64,000 nt of DNA, taken from the NCBI GenBank assembly GCA_033763315.1, contig JANRKS010000019.1, positions 1 to 64,000 on the forward strand. The letters are read 5' to 3'. The notes under the pieces were generated by a model. That model saw only the letters and a program-made list of their open reading frames with translations. It was not told the DNA's origin and searched no databases. Shown here in pieces: positions 61,566-64,000 of the stretch. A program made the position numbers and the translations under genes. How positions within the stretch are numbered: position 1 is the first letter of the stretch; the number at the start of each line of letters is the position of its first letter. Origin of the DNA: Deltaproteobacteria bacterium. Its GTDB lineage: Bacteria; Myxococcota_A; Polyangia; Fen-1088.

Positions 61566-64000
61566 CCAGCGCCTTGTGACTGCGCGGTCATCTCGGCGTG
61601 TTGCGCGAAGATGGCTTGGTGTTCGGGAATGTTGAGGAAGGCGGTGGCCAGAACTTCGTCGCCCATCGTTTCGGCTGATCGTTGAAGCTTTTGTACGGCG
61701 TGGGTCAGCACTTGGTAAGCGCGCTCCTTGTTGCCCACGGCCAGCAGCGCCTGGCACAAGGTGAGGCGCAGATACGCTTCGCCGTCTTCAACGGGCACGC
61801 CCTCGTCATCGATCATGCGCCGGCCCTCTTCGGCCAAGCGCAAGGCTTCAAGCGAATTGCCCTCGCGCATTCTCACCCGTGCCGTAAGCGCCAGCGCGTA
61901 GGGCCGCAACGGCCGGGCCACTTGGGGATCCTCGGCAAACGGCTGCACATAACGCGAGGCGGATTCAACATCGTTTTCCATGAGCGCCAGCTGCGCGCGA
62001 AATAGCCCAAGCCCCAGATCAAGCCACGTGGCACCCAAACCCTGCAAAGCCGCCGCGGCTTCACTGTAAGCCTGTCGCGCGGCAGCCACTTCATCGCGGT
62101 ACATGTTCACGATGCCCACATTCGCGGCCGCCAAGGCCTCGAACAAACGCGAGCGGATGCGGCGGGCGAAGACCAGGCTGGGCTGCAAGAGCTCGAGCGT
62201 TTCATCGAACAAGCCAGCCAACATGATGGTTGAGATGAGTGTGTTGCGTGCTTCCACCTCTAAGAGCTCGTCCCCGGCCAAGCGGGCCTCTTCGAGCGCG
62301 CGGTGGTGATGGGCGCGCGCTTGACCCAGGCGGCCCCAGCGGCGCTCTGTGGCGCCGCGGATGATCGCAAGGCGCGCTTTGGTTTCGTGCCGCAGCAGCG
62401 CACCATCCACCGTCTCTGCCTCCTGCAGCAACGTCTCCGCGTGTTGCAAAAATTCACTGGTCATCAAACCACCAGAGATGGCGGCCAACGCCATGGCACG
62501 TGCATCAACGGAAACGTCGTCAATGGTCTCGCCATCGAGCGCCGTGAACGAAAGATCCATCAGTGTTTGGGCGTTGGCACTGTCACCCAATACCGCCGCG
62601 CCACATTCAATCGCGGTGTACCAGTCGGCTGAATTGGGCGTAAACAGGCTGATGGCTTTCTGGGCTGGTGGCCAACTGTCTTGCAAGCGTCCCATCCAAC
62701 GCAGCGCGCGTGCCTCGAGCAGCGACAAGCGGGCGAGCTGGGCGTTGTCGGGTTGCAGCCCATAGGCGCGGCTGACGAAGCCCAACGTGCCTTCAAGGTC
62801 GCCGGCGCCGTAGGCTTGGTTGGCGGCGGCTTCGGCCAACGCGCACGCACGTGGCACATCGCCGGCACGTGTGAAGTGCTCCAATAGGACCGACGGGGGC
62901 GTGCTGCCTTCGTCTTGCAACCAACGGCCCGCAAGCTTGTGCCCCAACACGCGGTCACCCGCCGTAAGGCTTTGGTAGGTCGCTTCTCGTGTAAGCTCAT
63001 GCCAAAAGCGATAGGTGGCTCTGCCCGTCGATTGAAGAACTTCTTCTTCAATCAGAAACTTGAGCCATCGATCAAGATCATCGCAATCCTCTTTGCCGAG
63101 CAGCGGGAACAACGCTGGCTGCACGAACTGCCGGCCGAAGATGCTGGCGGCGCGCAGAATGCGACGTGCAGGTGCAGGAAGATCGCCAAGACGCGCTTGC
63201 ACCGTTCCAAGCACGGCGTCTGGCACTTGCGATTTGCCGCGCCGTCGCACAGCGCGCGCAAGCTCTTCGATGTAAAAGGGGTTGCCATCCGCGCGTTCGG
63301 CGATCCACTCCGCTGGGGTGGAGCCGCCTGAGGGCAATAGCTGCGTGATCAACCGAGCGGCATCTTCGGCTGACAATGGTTCCAGCGTGCGCCGCGATGG
63401 TGCCAGGCCTTCCCAAAGCGATGGATAACGCTCCGAAAGTTCAGGCCGCGCCAACGCGATGACGAGGCAGGCACTTGCTTGTGACAAAGCGGAGCCCAAG
63501 AGCTTGATCGACGCCGCGTCCGCCCAGTGCAGATCATCCAACAGCAGCACGACAGGCGCACGCGCCGTGGCCAGCTTGAGCGCGTCCCCCACGGCGAACG
63601 CCATCTGTTCTGCCATCAAGCGTGGGTCGTTGCGCGCAGGACGCAGCAGATGTTCAGAATCGGTGTTGGGCACGGCACCCAACAGCTCACATAGATAAAC
63701 ACATGACTGGGCAACGTCGACCAGCGTGCCGCCGCTTTCCATGAAGCGGCTAACGATCTCTCGCAGCGCTTTGCGAGGCGTGTCCTCTTGGATGGACATG
63801 GCGTTCATCACAAGCTGACGCACGTAACCGAGCGGCGTCGCCGCTTGCAACGTGTCGCTTTGCGCTCGCCACACGAGAAATTCTGCGTGCGCGCCGAGGT
63901 GAGTGAGAGCGGCCGATGCCAAGCGGCTTTTGCCCACGCCCGCTTCGGCTTGCCACACAACGGCGCGTGGAGCGTTCGCTTGCCGTACCTCTGCGAACAA
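61562..64000 (-). CDS. STAND-type AAA ATPase plus TPR region, probably the C-terminal part of a Ser/Thr kinase fusion; 5' end lies outside the window
   Basis: Walker A-like AEAGVGKS, Walker B LLLDDLHWAD, GNPFYIEEL, YRFWHELTRE and TPR helices. Confidence 0.85.
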   Translation of the reverse strand: MFAEVRQANAPRAVVWQAEAGVGKSRLASAALTHLGAHAEFLVWRAQSDTLQAATPLGYVRQLVMNAMSIQEDTPRKALREIVSRFMESGGTLVDVAQSCVYLCELLGAVPNTDSEHLLRPARNDPRLMAEQMAFAVGDALKLATARAPVVLLLDDLHWADAASIKLLGSALSQASACLVIALARPELSERYPSLWEGLAPSRRTLEPLSAEDAARLITQLLPSGGSTPAEWIAERADGNPFYIEELARAVRRRGKSQVPDAVLGTVQARLGDLPAPARRILRAASIFGRQFVQPALFPLLGKEDCDDLDRWLKFLIEEEVLQSTGRATYRFWHELTREATYQSLTAGDRVLGHKLAGRWLQDEGSTPPSVLLEHFTRAGDVPRACALAEAAANQAYGAGDLEGTLGFVSRAYGLQPDNAQLARLSLLEARALRWMGRLQDSWPPAQKAISLFTPNSADWYTAIECGAAVLGDSANAQTLMDLSFTALDGETIDDVSVDARAMALAAISGGLMTSEFLQHAETLLQEAETVDGALLRHETKARLAIIRGATERRWGRLGQARAHHHRALEEARLAGDELLEVEARNTLISTIMLAGLFDETLELLQPSLVFARRIRSRLFEALAAANVGIVNMYRDEVAAARQAYSEAAAALQGLGATWLDLGLGLFRAQLALMENDVESASRYVQPFAEDPQVARPLRPYALALTARVRMREGNSLEALRLAEEGRRMIDDEGVPVEDGEAYLRLTLCQALLAVGNKERAYQVLTHAVQKLQRSAETMGDEVLATAFLNIPEHQAIFAQHAEMTAQSQGAG

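Overview
GC-rich bacterial chromosome segment, almost certainly from a member of the Myxococcota. The evidence is mglB-mglA directly after dnaX-ybaB-recR, a RomX-like gene in front of rluD, a stand-alone mitochondrial-like EF-G1, and many myxobacterial-style secreted Ig/PEGA/TPR proteins. The window is mostly core genome, about 50 CDS: romX-rluD-pgeF, rlpA, mutH-tolC, dnaE, iscS-thiI-larE, hemW-hrcA-grpE-dnaK-dnaJ-S2P, rlmD, clpB-cbpA-lon, dnaX-ybaB-recR-mglBA, pcm, an S8 protease, pduO and fusA. I saw no tRNA, rRNA, CRISPR array, integrase or transposase. The first ~170 nt are a T/G low-complexity stretch that is probably a sequencing or assembly artefact. Points worth following up: (1) an exported M16 pair in which neither subunit has Zn ligands and one carries a LolA-like domain; (2) a TANNNT (-10-like) hexamer 6-11 nt before many start codons, suggesting widespread leaderless or near-leaderless mRNAs; (3) an IscS-ThiI-LarE sulfur-transfer cluster without other lar genes; (4) an E. 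coli-type MutH outside the Gammaproteobacteria; (5) a two-gene islet next to the rlmD 3' end encoding a non-catalytic triple-CBM protein with a globin-like helical insert; (6) a B12 mutase with isobutyryl-CoA mutase residues. All family calls come from motif recognition by eye; no database search was run.
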